A model generated the notes under the pieces. The model ran no database searches, was not told the origin of the DNA, and was given only the letters and a program-made list of their open reading frames with translations. From assembly GCA_946965045.2 (NCBI GenBank), contig OX337235.1, positions 1,798,001 to 1,862,000 of the forward strand: a stretch of DNA of 64,000 nt, read 5' to 3'. Source of the DNA: Epithemia pelagica (taxonomy: Eukaryota > Protista > Bacillariophyta). The translations under genes were made by a program, and so were the position numbers. Shown here one piece after another: positions 49,643-62,244 of this stretch (position 1 is the first letter of the stretch; each line of letters opens with the position of its first letter).

Positions 49643-50355
49643 GGGGGTATGTTATCGGGCGCGCGGAGCATGGGCGGAGCATGGATATGGGGGGAGCAAT
49701 GCATGCTCCACGATGCATGCTCCGCGCGTCTATATTATCGGTGGGCGGATGCAGAGATGCGGAGCATGCGCGGCGCGCGCGCTCAAAATCCTCGACCGTC
49801 ACGGAAACGCGTATGGGTCGCCTTAAGTATGGAATCGAAAAGGAAGGAGAAGAGCAACTTTGGGAAGACGATGGCAAGCAAAGGGGTGGTTTCCGGACAC
49901 AATAATCATTCCCTTTATAGACTACTTATCATTTAGAGTATCCATTGGATATTTCACCTGTTGTTCTGTTGGCCCTACGAGCTCATGTGGGAAAGACACG
50001 TCAATTTCCATGCTCTATGGAAACACAACCTCCACCATGATAGGATGGAAAAGACTCCGAAAGAGCAAGGCAGCAACAGTTGGCCGACTATATGTACTTG
50101 TCTACAATACTAGTGCCTAGATAGACTCTGTCATCGCTTTTGTCCATGACAAATCCATCATCGGAAGACTTCGACTGTTCGACGCATTGAGTGTGTGGCG
50201 TGTGGACGCGTGATTTTGCTTCCAACCATGCTCCACCCGCACTCTTCCTCCGCATGTAAATTTTGCGGAGGAAAGCTCTATATCCGGGTTGGTTTGGCCT
50301 TTCTCCGCCCATATCATGCTCCGCACATGCTCCGCGCGCCCGATAATATACCCCC
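49643..50355. mobile_element. PIF/Harbinger-type (Tourist-like) MITE, 713 bp
   Basis: About 48-bp TIRs, GGGGGTAT(G/A)TTATCGGGCGCGCGGAGCATG(G/T)GCGGAGCATG; TTA on both flanks (49640-49642, 50356-50358); eight GGAGCAT/ATGCTCC motifs. Confidence 0.88.
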
Positions 50356-50506
50356 TTAACCTCCATCTGGATTCAAGACATCAATTCCCAAGTCCCGAGC
50401 ATGGGCGAAATTAGCAAGGCCTTTTTTCTCGTCATTCCCCATGGAAACATAAATTATCGAGGTAGACCAAGGCGGAGGAGAGCTTTGTCGAAACAACGGG
50501 AAAGGC

Positions 50507-51238
50507 ATGGCTGTTCAGAGCAACCAGAATATGCTGTCTTCGTGTTTTGATCCTTTCAATCATGGTCCTCGATTTTCTCCTTCTGGAGGAGTTCATCGGA
50601 TGAAGTGGAAGACTGGGCCCCAACAATGCGGCCGTCGGAACGATCGTGCTTGGTTGACTCCCACCCGCGTGCGATTTGATGAAGGTTCAAACATCATGTA
50701 CGATAGTCCTCATCGTGACGTTGATGAATGTCGATCTGTATGGTTTTCGGCAGAGGACTACAAATCATTCAAAGCCTGTTTCGTGGAATCAGTCAAGAGT
50801 ATACGCAAATCCAAAGACTTGAGAGCGCAATGTCGACTAATTGAGGAAACGTTTGACACGATGTGTCATCCAGTTGTATGCGGGAATACAGATGATCCTA
50901 GAACAACGACAAGTACAGAACAAGATGTGAGAACTTCGGGACACGTGAAGAACTTGAAACAAGTATATAGGGGAAATGAAGAGCTGGTTGGACTGGAGAG
51001 ATATGCAGCAAAAAAAGTACTACAGTACAAGTCGTCTCGAAGATCTCAGATCATCGACTCTGTTCTTGATGCACAAGACCACCTCTTGCTTTTCAACTTC
51101 ATGGACAATAGCTCTTCGGTTCTTCCATACAGGGCAGATCAGGTTAAGGAAACAATTCTACGTGAATTCTGTGAGCGTTTGAGTGAGCCCTCCAGGCGCT
51201 TTGCAACCTATGTGGCGCTTGCACAAGCATCGCACTAA
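50507..51238 (+). CDS. Hypothetical protein of a diatom-type family (VRF...WFS...FK, GLER motifs)
   Basis: 243-aa ATG-initiated ORF with the same motif order as 6069-6716. Confidence 0.7.
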   Translation: MAVQSNQNMLSSCFDPFNHGPRFSPSGGVHRMKWKTGPQQCGRRNDRAWLTPTRVRFDEGSNIMYDSPHRDVDECRSVWFSAEDYKSFKACFVESVKSIRKSKDLRAQCRLIEETFDTMCHPVVCGNTDDPRTTTSTEQDVRTSGHVKNLKQVYRGNEELVGLERYAAKKVLQYKSSRRSQIIDSVLDAQDHLLLFNFMDNSSSVLPYRADQVKETILREFCERLSEPSRRFATYVALAQASH

Positions 51239-51678
51239 GAACGGCACGAACAGCCAACCAACAGACAAGCTCCAATAGACTGTTACTTATAGAAATATTC
51301 AGGATATATACTCATATTTCTTCACTCAACTATGTGCACAATTTCGACAAGAGTTTCGTTGGCGACGTGATGGCATTTCAAGCGTGCGGCAATCCCTTAA
51401 AGGGTCAGGTTGTAACCATTCTGTGTCCTGCACTCTTTCGTGTCGTACTCTAGCGACAAAAGCACAGCCCCTGTCTGAAATGCGTTTCATTTAATAGTCG
51501 TTTACGTGTATCTTGCTCTATCCCTTGGCCAACCCACTCAAAACAAATGAATCTGCCTTGGGAAAAGACAAACTTCCACGGTTTCTAAAAAAAGAAAACC
51601 ACACAATCACAAACAGCCATGATTAGTTCTTTCTCCGATATCTCACCCCTTCATTCCATACGTAGAGTAGCAGTCGTT

Positions 51679-53683
51679 TTAGGACATGAGTGACGAGCGC
51701 ATAGGGTCGGCATCCGCACCAACAAAACCCATTGCATTTGTATTTTGCGGCTGCGGTGGCATCATATAAGAACCATCCTGCGGTTGCTGCTGTGGTGCCA
51801 TGGTAGTAGTGGGGCCACGAGCCATCATAAAGTTTCTGTTAATGGGACCGTCCACACCGTTGCCATCCGAATCTTCTAGCGGCATGTACTCAGCCAATAT
51901 TCCTCGGACTTGTTCTCGCATTTCTTCACGTGTTCGATTGTAGTACCAATAACCGGCTCCACCAAAAAGACAAATCAGCAACAGCATGCTACTGGCAAAG
52001 GTGTGGGTAGAAACTTGCCCTTTCGCTCTGGAAGGAATCAACCCCGAAGGTGCCGAAGGACACATACCATCATTCATCACGCAATCCTTAGCCTGAGGGC
52101 AACTTCCACAGAGATAGCAAATATCCGGCTTTGTGCCATCCGAATATCCGGCACAAATGGCTTCGAAAACATTGGCGGAACCCATGGCACCCTTAATTTT
52201 TGCTTCATTAACAAAGGAAGTCGGAATCAATACAACTCCCTTTTCACGTTGCAAGTCAAGCTGATCTTGTAAGTAGCTGTTCTGTCCCTCCTCTGTACCC
52301 CCAGAATAGAGCATACACTTGTCAACTTTGTCCTTGTCAATTCCGGCATGTTTATACACATCTTGAATACACTCCGGCGACGAGAAGTAGTCCAATTCAT
52401 TGCATCGAAGAATGAACTGCTCAACATACGTCCACCAATTGAAACCAATACCATCTTGTCCATACTCGGTCCAAATACAAATGCGTCGAAGGGCTTCCGT
52501 AACGACGTCCGCTCCGGAAACTCCTGAAAACAGATCATCATCAGGATCATTCGCACAGTAGCGTCCCTGGTTGGTGCAGAGAGTCAGGCATTGGTTTTCT
52601 CCAGTCGCTGCCTGACAACCAGCGGTCAATCCATCGTAAATGGCGTAATGGGGGGTAAACTTAGCCCGTTTGTCCAATGCCTTCGCAAGATATTTAAAAT
52701 TATTCATGAACTCGTAAGAATTCGTATCACCAGGACGCGACCAGAAATCATACTCAACACGATCATCAGGGTTAGGCAAAGAGAAACTCATTTCAACACG
52801 AACGACCTGTCCGGATTTCAAAACATCCTTTATGGCGTCGGCATCTTCTTTGAACAACAAATATGCAGGAATTCCAATATCCATACCGGAGCCATCATCA
52901 GCCATTTCCTGTTGAAGCATTGAATTATGTCAGATCTCTGTTCTGGACAAATACAAATGACACATCAAAAGACAAGATAGAACCACAAGAGGTAATTCCA
53001 CCCACAACGCCGGCAACGGTGAAAAAACGTACCGGTTCGAGGGTCTCACAAGCTTGGCCGTCAAACGCCTTGGTGCAATTGGAACGGTTGCATTGGCACT
53101 TGTCATCCGCAATCAGAACCGCGGCTGCACCGAAATGTTGGGCATTACGAACTTTTGTGACAAAGGTACAATCTCCGCGATCCATCATCAAGATGAAAGG
53201 ACTTTCCGGTGCGCTTGGGAAAATGTCTCCTTGGAGATCCGTTCCACCTTTGCACATCTTGTCTTCGGTGTAATAAACTTGTTGCTGAATAGATCCACCA
53301 TATGGAAGCTGTCCGAACAAGGCATTGCGATGATCATATCCAGAATCCCTCTTTAGACTTTGAGGGATCTGGAGTAGTTCCACGGCAGATCATGAAAAGT
53401 AAAAACAAGTTAGTATCCTGCTGAAGGTTAAATGATTGGACAATTCAAATCGCAACGTGTAACATTTCAAAATGAATCTGAGCATCAAGCGGCATTCCTT
53501 GGATGGCGGGAACGGACGATCCGCCACTATTCGCTTCAACAGTACGATTCACACGAGAGAAGAGCCCTTGCCATTCATTGACCGTCTACCCACCTGGATT
53601 TGGAGCTTTGTCAGACCGGATACCAGGCCCACAGACAGAAACTCTGCAGTCAGAACTAAAAGTGCAATATTCAGAGACCTCAT
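51679..53683 (-). CDS. VSR: Vacuolar sorting receptor (PA domain, VSR trunk, TM, YMPL tail); exons 53683-53594, 53368-53033, 52908-51679
   Basis: Signal peptide; GDCTFVTKVRNAQ; MADDGSG; RVEYDFW; CTNQGRYCANDPD; tail VRGILAEYMPL. 1656 nt in frame. Confidence 0.9.
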
Positions 53684-54445
53684 TGTCAGTCAGTTGACCT
53701 TCCTTTGTCACTTGAGATGCTTTGGTTTCAGTTGGCCAATACCACGGGGAAGACAGTCGCAATAATGCACGACAAACCAGGCACCGTTCCCAGTCGAAAA
53801 GCTCCCTGAAAGTCTTCCTTGTGGGGGGTATGGTTTGTTCTTTTGCATGATTACTGTTGATACCGTAGGCGGCAATGACCGTGCTGCTCCACTTGCAGGA
53901 CTGCGCTCAACTCGCTGGGGAGTGACTTCTCGTGTGGACTGTGGACTGTGGACATGTTACTCCTTTCTTTTTGCACTGTAAAGAGTTGAGTACGCTGCCG
54001 TTGATCGCGCCGACCGGAAATTCGGGAACTGGCTGGTCAGCGTATATTGCGCGACCGAAAAGCTAGCGAATTCTGATCCCGCGGGGTTACCGGCCATTGT
54101 ATCGGGTTCCTCTAAGTTACTTCTTTCCATCACAGGATGTGTCCATGCCAAATGCCGAACGCAGCTTCCCTCTATCAAATGTGACCTTGAAGAGCAGCTG
54201 GCGAAACGATCTGGATCAACCTGACGGATCATGGTGAGAGCAGAACCTCTCAAAGGAAGATAATGTTCTCCTCTCGTCACCTTCCTTCAATGCTCGTTCT
54301 ATAGAATCCATCATCCACCAATGAGAGGTCAAGCCATTAGTGCTTCTCAGCACTAGTTTTACTACGAACAGTCAACGTCTCAGGGAAAATAGAGTGGCAC
54401 AAGTGGGGGGCGACGAATATAACTTTACAAGGGTGTACTTGATTC

Positions 54446-55858
54446 TTACAACTCGACTCCTTTCAATGTAAGAACAGTGGCAATAGCACCGGATACAAGT
54501 CCTAGAATCCCCACGATACTGGCCGGTAAAGTTTCGGCAGTCCGCTGTTTTTGTTGTTTCAAAAACATAATGACCGGATAGACAAAGACAAGAGCCGTAC
54601 CAAACGTGGCTCCTCCCAAGCTGGCCACCAATCCAAGGTCCGTCAATTGACTTGCTAACAAGGTGGCAACACTGAGAACCGCCAATGTAACTTTATTCCG
54701 TAATGAGTTGTCTCGTTTCGATTGAGGGACTTTGGCCAAGTCCATCAATCCATCGCAAGCGCCAACAAAAATCAGCGGATAACTGGTCGTGATCGAGATG
54801 GTTACGGCAATGCTTGCCAACGACATGAGCTTGTCGCGCACTGAATAGTTGTTGAGAATAAAACCGTTACAGGCGGATCCAAAGGTGAGAAATCCAAGTG
54901 AGGTTGCCACTGCGTAAATGGCCACACTAATTCCGAAGGACCATCCAATCACCTTGGCAAATCGTCCCATGGTGTTATTTTTGAGTTCGGCCAAAAACTT
55001 GGGAGCATTGAAATGCGCAATGTACGCATTTGTGAGCATGCATGTAAGGATCAAGGTATTGAGAGAAAGTGCCGAACTGGCGCCCATTTGACCAAACGAT
55101 GGCTGGGCCAACTGTGAGGCAAAAAATTCACCGCCTGGAGCATAGGCCTTTCCAAAGAAACGAATTCCCATGGCCAGAGTAATGTAGAGCATACTGACAA
55201 TGCCAACGAGGGAAAAGGGTGCAAGACTGCTCAGGTTTTTCATCAAGCAAAGTGGCAAGAGGACGGTCGAGGTCAAACCGAGCAAGGCTTGTGTTCGCGT
55301 CACGGCAACTCCCACACCGGCAAGCAGATTGACGGCCGAGTCAGCAAGAATCATACTGTAGCTTAGTGCACCATTGAAGCAATCAAAGAAACATGAAAAT
55401 GCAATCAGTGGAGAAAACCGTTTTCCCACAGTGGCATCCCATGCATCCGAATAGCTAACCGTGTTGGTGTTCTTGCAAACACGTCCAATAAGACCAAAAG
55501 TATAGGCCGATAAGCCACCCATCAAACTAACAATGAAAACTGCTGGTATCAATGCAGATGGGGCATTGCCATAGTAAGCAACGCCATAAGGCAAGGAGAG
55601 AACACCCGATCCAACAATGCTCTTGACCAAATTGAACACTTCATTCGGAATAGTAGCAGTCCCACCACCGTCGAATGCACCCCCACCACGGGGCGCGCTC
55701 TCAATCGATGCGGCTGCAAGCGTGTTTTGTTTCGACGATGCTGTCGTTTTGTGCGATGCCGACGATGGCACGGCAAACCCTTGAACTGGTTGCAACGAAG
55801 CATTGGTCACGACAACCAAGAAAGCTGCAGTGATTGCGAGACAAGACCAAGCCTTCAT
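54446..55858 (-). CDS. Aa_trans (AAAP/SLC38-like) amino-acid transporter with a bipartite plastid-type presequence, intronless
   Basis: FNLVKSIVGSGVLSLP, LCLMKNLSSLAPFS, AYIAHFNAPKF; signal peptide ending VQG-FAVP. Confidence 0.88.
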   Translation of the reverse strand: MKAWSCLAITAAFLVVVTNASLQPVQGFAVPSSASHKTTASSKQNTLAAASIESAPRGGGAFDGGGTATIPNEVFNLVKSIVGSGVLSLPYGVAYYGNAPSALIPAVFIVSLMGGLSAYTFGLIGRVCKNTNTVSYSDAWDATVGKRFSPLIAFSCFFDCFNGALSYSMILADSAVNLLAGVGVAVTRTQALLGLTSTVLLPLCLMKNLSSLAPFSLVGIVSMLYITLAMGIRFFGKAYAPGGEFFASQLAQPSFGQMGASSALSLNTLILTCMLTNAYIAHFNAPKFLAELKNNTMGRFAKVIGWSFGISVAIYAVATSLGFLTFGSACNGFILNNYSVRDKLMSLASIAVTISITTSYPLIFVGACDGLMDLAKVPQSKRDNSLRNKVTLAVLSVATLLASQLTDLGLVASLGGATFGTALVFVYPVIMFLKQQKQRTAETLPASIVGILGLVSGAIATVLTLKGVEL

Positions 55859-56164
55859 TGTTGTTTTTGCGATTCGAATCTCCTGCAAGTAGGTACGACA
55901 CTAGAACAGAGAGAGCTGTGACGACGATGGTGAAGAAGTCGACAACCTCTCCGAATTCGGAAATACTAAAATGTGTGGAGCAGACATCATGGCCCATCGG
56001 TCTGATGTCACTTCCATCCAATCCCCAACGGGGTATCTACTCCAAAAAAACAAAAATTTACACAAAAATATATTCAACCGATGAGGAGCAGACACGCCGA
56101 TCTCATTGATGAAGTTGGCAGACCTCGACCATTCATTCTACATATTCTTTTGTGATTTTTGTCC

Positions 56165-57724
56165 ATGCCATCAACGACCATGAGGCAATGGACTGGAATT
56201 AGTTTGCTGGTGGTGCTCGCAACACGCGTGGACGCATTTGTGTCTCAACATCCCTTGGTAGCGCGATCGTCGCTCCATCTTTTATCGGTGGACCATTTTG
56301 AGCGTTTGGCCACTCCGAAGCAACATCAGCGCTTGGGCGTCTCATTTTTGTGCGAGTCGGTTGCATCCTCCGCGGCAGTACCAGAAGACGACGAAAGTTC
56401 TCCATCGACATCAGGAGGAACGGCCAAAGTATCCGAGTGAGTTGAAGGGAGGTTTGCAAGTCGAACGGATAAGTATCTATGTCTGACGCAATCTCTTGTC
56501 TTTTATAGGGAAATATTCAACTTGGTCAAAGGCATTGTTGGTGCAGGTGTTTTGACACTTCCGAGTGGTATCGCAGAGTTTGGAAATGCTCCATCGGCTG
56601 CTATTCCAGCCGTTGTGTTAATTGGGCTGATTGGCTGTTTGAGTGCTTATGGGTTTGGTCTCATTGGTCGTGCCTGCTCCTTGACGGGCACGACAAGCTA
56701 TCGGGGCGCTTGGAGTGCCTCCATTTCGGAAAAGTCAAGCTGGATTCCAGCCTGGAGTGTTACCTTGAAAACCATGTTTGCGACCCTAGCCTACAGTATG
56801 ATTCTGCGTGACACCTTCACCTCTCTTGTTCTTGCGGCTGGCTACAATGTTAGCCGAGTTCCCGTTTTGCTCGTTGTGACCTGCACAATCCTTCTTCCAT
56901 TGTGCTTGCTGAAAAACTTGAGCAGTCTAGCTCCATTTTCGCTTCTTGGAAGCTTGGGAATGATTTATACGGCCATTGCTATGTTCATGCGTTACGCAGA
57001 CAAAACATACCGTGTCGGTGGCAAGTTTTTCACAGACCTTCCTGCAACCCTTCAGCCTTCGTTTGGAACAGTAGGAGCATCTGGTGTACTGACCGCGTCA
57101 TCCTCTATATTGCTGGGGATGTTGTCAACAGCATATATGGCACACTTTAATGCACCCAAGTTCTACGCGGAACTAAAGAATAACACGATTCCTCGATTCA
57201 TGACTGTGGTCGGAACATCCTTTTCAGTCAGCATTGCCATTTTTGCGTCCATGTCCGCACTGGGATTCCTGACGTTTGGCTCCAATGCATCGGGCTTGAT
57301 TCTGAACAACTACTCACCCCGTGACACTATCATTGGCGTATCCAAAATCGCCGTGGCACTGTCTTTGGTGTTTTCGTTCCCCTTGGCATTTGTTGGATTT
57401 CGGGATGGCCTCTTGGATCTCCTAAAAGTCAAGAACAAGTCTACTTCCGTTTTGAACACTGCTACTGTCGGGTTGCTCGGTTTTCTCACGGTTCTGGCAT
57501 TGATTATTGAAGACGTTTCGTTCGTCCTCGCCTTTGCTGGATCAACGTTAGGCAACGGTCTCATTTACATTTATCCTGCTCTCATGTTTCGCGGAGCTAT
57601 TAAAAGGTTGCCAAAACCAACCAAGCTGCAAAAGTTTGAGGTGAAGGCAGCCCTCACAAGCGCTGCTGTGGGCGTCGTAATGGGGGTTGTCGGAGTGTGT
57701 ACCCTTCTGCTACGTCCACGTTAA
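56165..57724 (+). CDS. Aa_trans amino-acid transporter paralog with a bipartite plastid-type presequence; exons 56165-56436 and 56509-57724
   Basis: FNLVKGIVGAGVLTLP, LCLLKNLSSLAPFS, AYMAHFNAPKF; signal peptide ending VDA-FVS; GT-AG intron; 1488 nt in frame. Confidence 0.88.
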
Positions 57725-59812
57725 ACCGATCTCCCACCTCTTGTTTCTGATTGTTTGTATTGGTTCCAGATACTCCCTTGTCATTGCATAATAATGGCTA
57801 CGTAGTTTCTATACATTTCAATAGGTCAGGATTTCAATTCAATCATAACCATAACAGGCAAGCGTCCCTGGCCCAAGCAACTACCTAGGAATCCGTGAAC
57901 ATCCACAAAGCGGGGCAGAGTACCATGTAATGATCCGCTGCGACGAAATTCGCTTGCCTCTATGTTCGACGAATGAGGTGGAAAAGGTGAGTAAAAAGAC
58001 AAGCAAATTGTATCCCACAGGCAAAGATTGACGAACTTCAAACAAAGCAATCATCAACACTAGATGACCGGGGAGCTTGGCTTTTGGGGGTGAAAAAATT
58101 GATCCATGAAACAGGATGAAATTCACGTAACAGAGTGTTGGCCCCCTTCACGTGCAGTGGAGCGTGTGAAAAAGTTCGACATACCTGTTTGACACATTAA
58201 ATTCGTGGACAATGTAGTATCTCTCTGCCATGAAACAGCACACAGGGTGAGGAGTGTTGGACCAAAGAAACGCTTTTTGATCATGTTTTCGTCACAAAAA
58301 GCACGAAAAAACTCTCATATTCTCTAGGGCTCGATATCAGCATCGATAATCATTGCCGATGACTCAGATCCATCATAATACGTCACCTTGCCCAATCCTT
58401 TGACCGTTTACTGTATGGAAAACAACAACATCATACTGAGGGTTGAAAACTTACAACTTACTCTTGACATGAAAAGATGATAGTCGTAAGGAATCTGTCT
58501 AATTCCAATACGAATGAGCTCATCCCCAGAAAAAGAGAGAACGACATTCGACAAAACATGTTTGAACCTGCTGCAGCTGTGGTTGTATGTGTGCAGAAAA
58601 TGAGACTCTCTAGGACTTAATGTACTTGCGACAACGAAATCCACTCTCTAGAGTCTGCGGTGACGATATCACGGAACAAACTCAAAGGTCAAAACGACCC
58701 CCGAAGAACCCCTCGCGATAATGTTCCACAAGCGTAACAGACACAGCGCCATCGACTTGGCAGAAAGTGTCCTGACTGGCTTGTGGGCCCTATTCACAGG
58801 ATGAAGTGGCTGACACATACCTGTTTAATCACGAAGTGAAGGTGAGATTGTTGTTGGATCATATGTGACTCTTTCCACCACATTTTTAGATAAAGAGAGT
58901 GTCTGAGATCAGGAACTTCATTATGGCGACCTTTTGTTTCGAAGTAAAGAACATGAAACCTTTGATTCGACTGTGAAGATCGCTTGAACAGGGATTCGTG
59001 ACACAATTCTCAGAACACAAATCATGATGTGTAAAGATACCCTCACCATGGTTGTTTTGTCGGAATCTTTAGCTCACGTTATCCTCATCACGTTCCAAGA
59101 TCTCATCTATGATAGTTCACATTGTCCCGCGTCAAGATACATACTTCCATCGTCCGTCGTGGATACTCCTATGTTCATTTTCGATTTTCGATACAAGATA
59201 CGAGGTATCTCTAGGTATGTCTGTGTCTCCCATTAAGAATCGTCTGTCCATCATCCAGCATGCGTCGTATGTCGCATGTCGCACTCCCCACTTACTTTAC
59301 TATAGTGGGTACATATGGGTGTATATCATTGGGAGCCAATGAATGTCTACAGCTTTGAAGAACATTACAATAAAATTTAGTATTTAAAATTCTGAAGTAC
59401 AAAGTCGGCGAGATTGGCATTCACGCAGTGCCATCCCCGCCTACATCTGCTCTGCCCCATGCTCCAAATCGTTGATCGTCCACAACAACCCAATAGATAG
59501 TATCAAGGTGTGTGGAGCTTGGCGTTGTCAAGTACGAAGTGTATTGCTTGGTCTGTGGATGGATCCCTACATCAGACGGAACGACTAGCACGGTTTGGAG
59601 TCAAGAACGAAAAGTTCTAGACGTTGCCCAAAAATGTGGCTTCAATCTGCGTTGAGAGTTGCGCGCTCGCATCTTTGTTCCATGGGATGTATTTTGTAGT
59701 TCCCCTCCTGTTTTTGAGAAACGACTGCTTATCGACGATGGAGTTATGAAGTTTCTTACTGCTATCGTCTTTTAATTTTCAGGTCTGATTTTTGAACCAC
59801 CTGTATTGAAAC

Positions 59813-60476
59813 ATGAGTGTTGAAGAAACATGCCCGGCCTCTGCGCCTTTGTAAGTGGATCGCCCCTGGATGTAGATGGGAAGAAGTGCTGCTATTTGGC
59901 TTCGTTGCTAACAACAGCTTTTTATCGCCAGCTTTGGTTTTATGGGTGTCACATCTGCGTTGGTTTTTGCGAATATTGGTGCTGCTTACGGAACTGCCAA
60001 ATCTGGAGTCGGAATTTCGTCAATGGGTGTCATGAACCCTGGATTGGTCATGCGTAACATTATTCCTGTAGTAATGGCTGGTGTTTTGGGAATTTACGGT
60101 CTCATTGTTGCGGTCATCATCCAAGGTTCAATTGTTTCGCCTCAAAACGGACTGAGTCAATATTCCCTCTACACAGGTTTTGCGCATTTAGCAGCGGGCC
60201 TTTGCTGTGGCCTCTCAGGACTTGCAGCTGGAATGGCCATTGGTATTGTCGGTGATGCAGGAGTACGCGCTGTGGGACAACAAGAAAAGCTCTTTGTTGG
60301 AATGATTTTGATTCTCATTTTCGCCGAAGCTCTTGGTTTGTACGGTGAGTCTCTCTGCCCTGTTTCAGGCCTGTGTAACTCACCACCACTGACACGTGTC
60401 CAATTTTATCCCAACAGGTCTCATTGTTGCACTGATTCTGTCTCAAAACTCCTTTGTCTGTGAGGGCAACCAGTAA
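59813..60476 (+). CDS. VMA3: V-type H+-ATPase proteolipid subunit c, 169 aa; exons 59813-59850, 59932-60344, 60418-60476
   Basis: PFFGFMG...[40 protein letters not shown] (catalytic Glu); two canonical introns; 510 nt in frame. Confidence 0.95.
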
Positions 60477-60751
60477 TTAGTTCACAACATCGGAGCCTTT
60501 CTCTTGTCTTCAAATATTCATTTTCTCCTGGTATGGAACCCGCCGATTATTTTCTTGCAAGCGCACGCATTAGGTATTAGGTCGTTTCATTCGACCTGTT
60601 TTATAGAATGAGGAGATGTCTTTTCGGTTCATCACTTATAGCCATGTCGTAAACTTCACTCATGCACTTCTAGCTTAGCGACCAAGTACTGCGTACGTCT
60701 ACGGTACCTATGTATCGTTGATGTCACCATAGCAGACATAGTAATCTTTAA

Positions 60752-61229
60752 GCGCTGCTATGGATCCCAACGCCGTGCTTTACACGTGGAATTTCAACCA
60801 TTGCACTGGTGCAAATGAACGTTACCATCAGACTAATTTGACCATGGCGGATTTTTCTGGACGATTTTCATCTCTCCATTTCTATTACAACGGTAGATCT
60901 AGGTTAGTCACTAGCGCTAGGGACTCGGTTCGTTGTTGCGCGCTCCTTGCGCTTCTGAGAGCAACGACGAGGGGACCTTTTACGATCAGGCTTTGTGGCA
61001 CAAGGACAAGGAGTTTTTCTTATCCCTCGTAGCAATCAAACAAATAGAACGAATAGAACGGATATCTGCGAGGGATAAGAAAACGAAGATAGTTATGGAC
61101 CATAACAGATTGACGGAAGGCATGCCATGGTGAAGCCACGATACACCGCGACAAACTTGATGCCAAACGTGACGTCATGTACTAGGAAAAATTACGTAGG
61201 CTCTACTGCGTTGGGACCCATAGCTGCGC
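60752..61229. repeat. Imperfect 22-bp inverted repeats 478 bp apart (possible decayed MITE)
   Basis: gcgctgctatggatcccaacgc (60752-60773) against the reverse complement of gcgttgggacccatagctgcgc (61208-61229); 2 mismatches; no TSD seen. Confidence 0.45.
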
Positions 61230-61276
61230 CATGACGACACCATACACAGCCCAGCTCGTGGGACGAGGCAGCGGAC

Positions 61277-62014
61277 ATGGCTGATCCAAACACAATGTCG
61301 GGGTTGGCTCTGCCGGCCGTTTTCAATGAAAAGGTTCAGGAAGCAAACGCGAGGAATAGCGTCGGGGGAACGAGTTCATCTCTGTTGCCGTCTGTCGCAT
61401 TATCATCTACCTCGTCCTCCAACCCTCGTATTTTCACTGTGCAGGAATTGGAAGCAAAGCTGCGCGTAACTTCTCAGGCTATTGTAAATTTGCAAAAGCA
61501 AATTGTTCGAGGAGAAGAAACGTACTATGAAGAAACCCAACAGGCGCATGGAAGCAACTTGTTTCGTGGGTTTGATACCTACATTGATTCAAGGGCAACT
61601 GACTCTTCTGGAGAGAGATCAAACCACTCGGGAAGTGCTCCTCGTCGGATGCCAGGAGACTATCGATGGTTCTCGTCTTCGTTCAGCAATATCTCGAAGT
61701 ATATTAAAGGGTCTACTTCTGCTGCTGCGACAGCTTCTGGTAGTTCCTTCCCTCACTTGAATGTAGAAGTTGTTCGCTTAACGAAACAGCAATTGCAGGC
61801 ACACGAGGAATATAAAAAGAAACAACGAGAAGGCAATTCGGAATCGAAAGAAAAGTCATTTTCGGCGATGAGAGAAAAGAGATCTCTCGAAGAAGTTGCA
61901 AAAGCTAATGATGATGGGAAGCAGGAACCCCCGCAGAAAGTCAGCCGCTCTGGTTCAACTGGCAACAAAGGCAGTGCCTCGGGAAGGCCCACAAGAAAGC
62001 GCAAGAGCACTTGA
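61277..62014 (+). CDS. EAF6: NuA4 histone acetyltransferase subunit Eaf6-like protein
   Basis: LQKQIVRGEETYYEET...SNLFRGFDTYID...YRWFSSS matches the Eaf6 pattern; basic C-terminus. Confidence 0.75.
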   Translation: MADPNTMSGLALPAVFNEKVQEANARNSVGGTSSSLLPSVALSSTSSSNPRIFTVQELEAKLRVTSQAIVNLQKQIVRGEETYYEETQQAHGSNLFRGFDTYIDSRATDSSGERSNHSGSAPRRMPGDYRWFSSSFSNISKYIKGSTSAAATASGSSFPHLNVEVVRLTKQQLQAHEEYKKKQREGNSESKEKSFSAMREKRSLEEVAKANDDGKQEPPQKVSRSGSTGNKGSASGRPTRKRKST

Positions 62015-62244
62015 ACAGTGATCTCAACTCACGTGGCTCGTTGATGTCGTCATATGTCTTGAGCCGTCTTAATTTCCTTTCTGACCAGAATGATGAAAGA
62101 TCACGACTGTTGCACCTCGACCACAAACGAAACTTAAAACACAACTCACCAGCCCTCCCAAAGATCAAAAGAATTCAAAACTCAACTATTGTCGTATTTT
62201 CTTTTGGGGTTGTAGCGTCTTGATTGTTTCAAGATTCTTGGTGA

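Noticed and set aside
57826-59342. Short ORFs in the 2-kb gap between the transporter and V-ATPase c
   Set aside because: Under 85 aa, mostly non-ATG starts, and no recognisable motifs.
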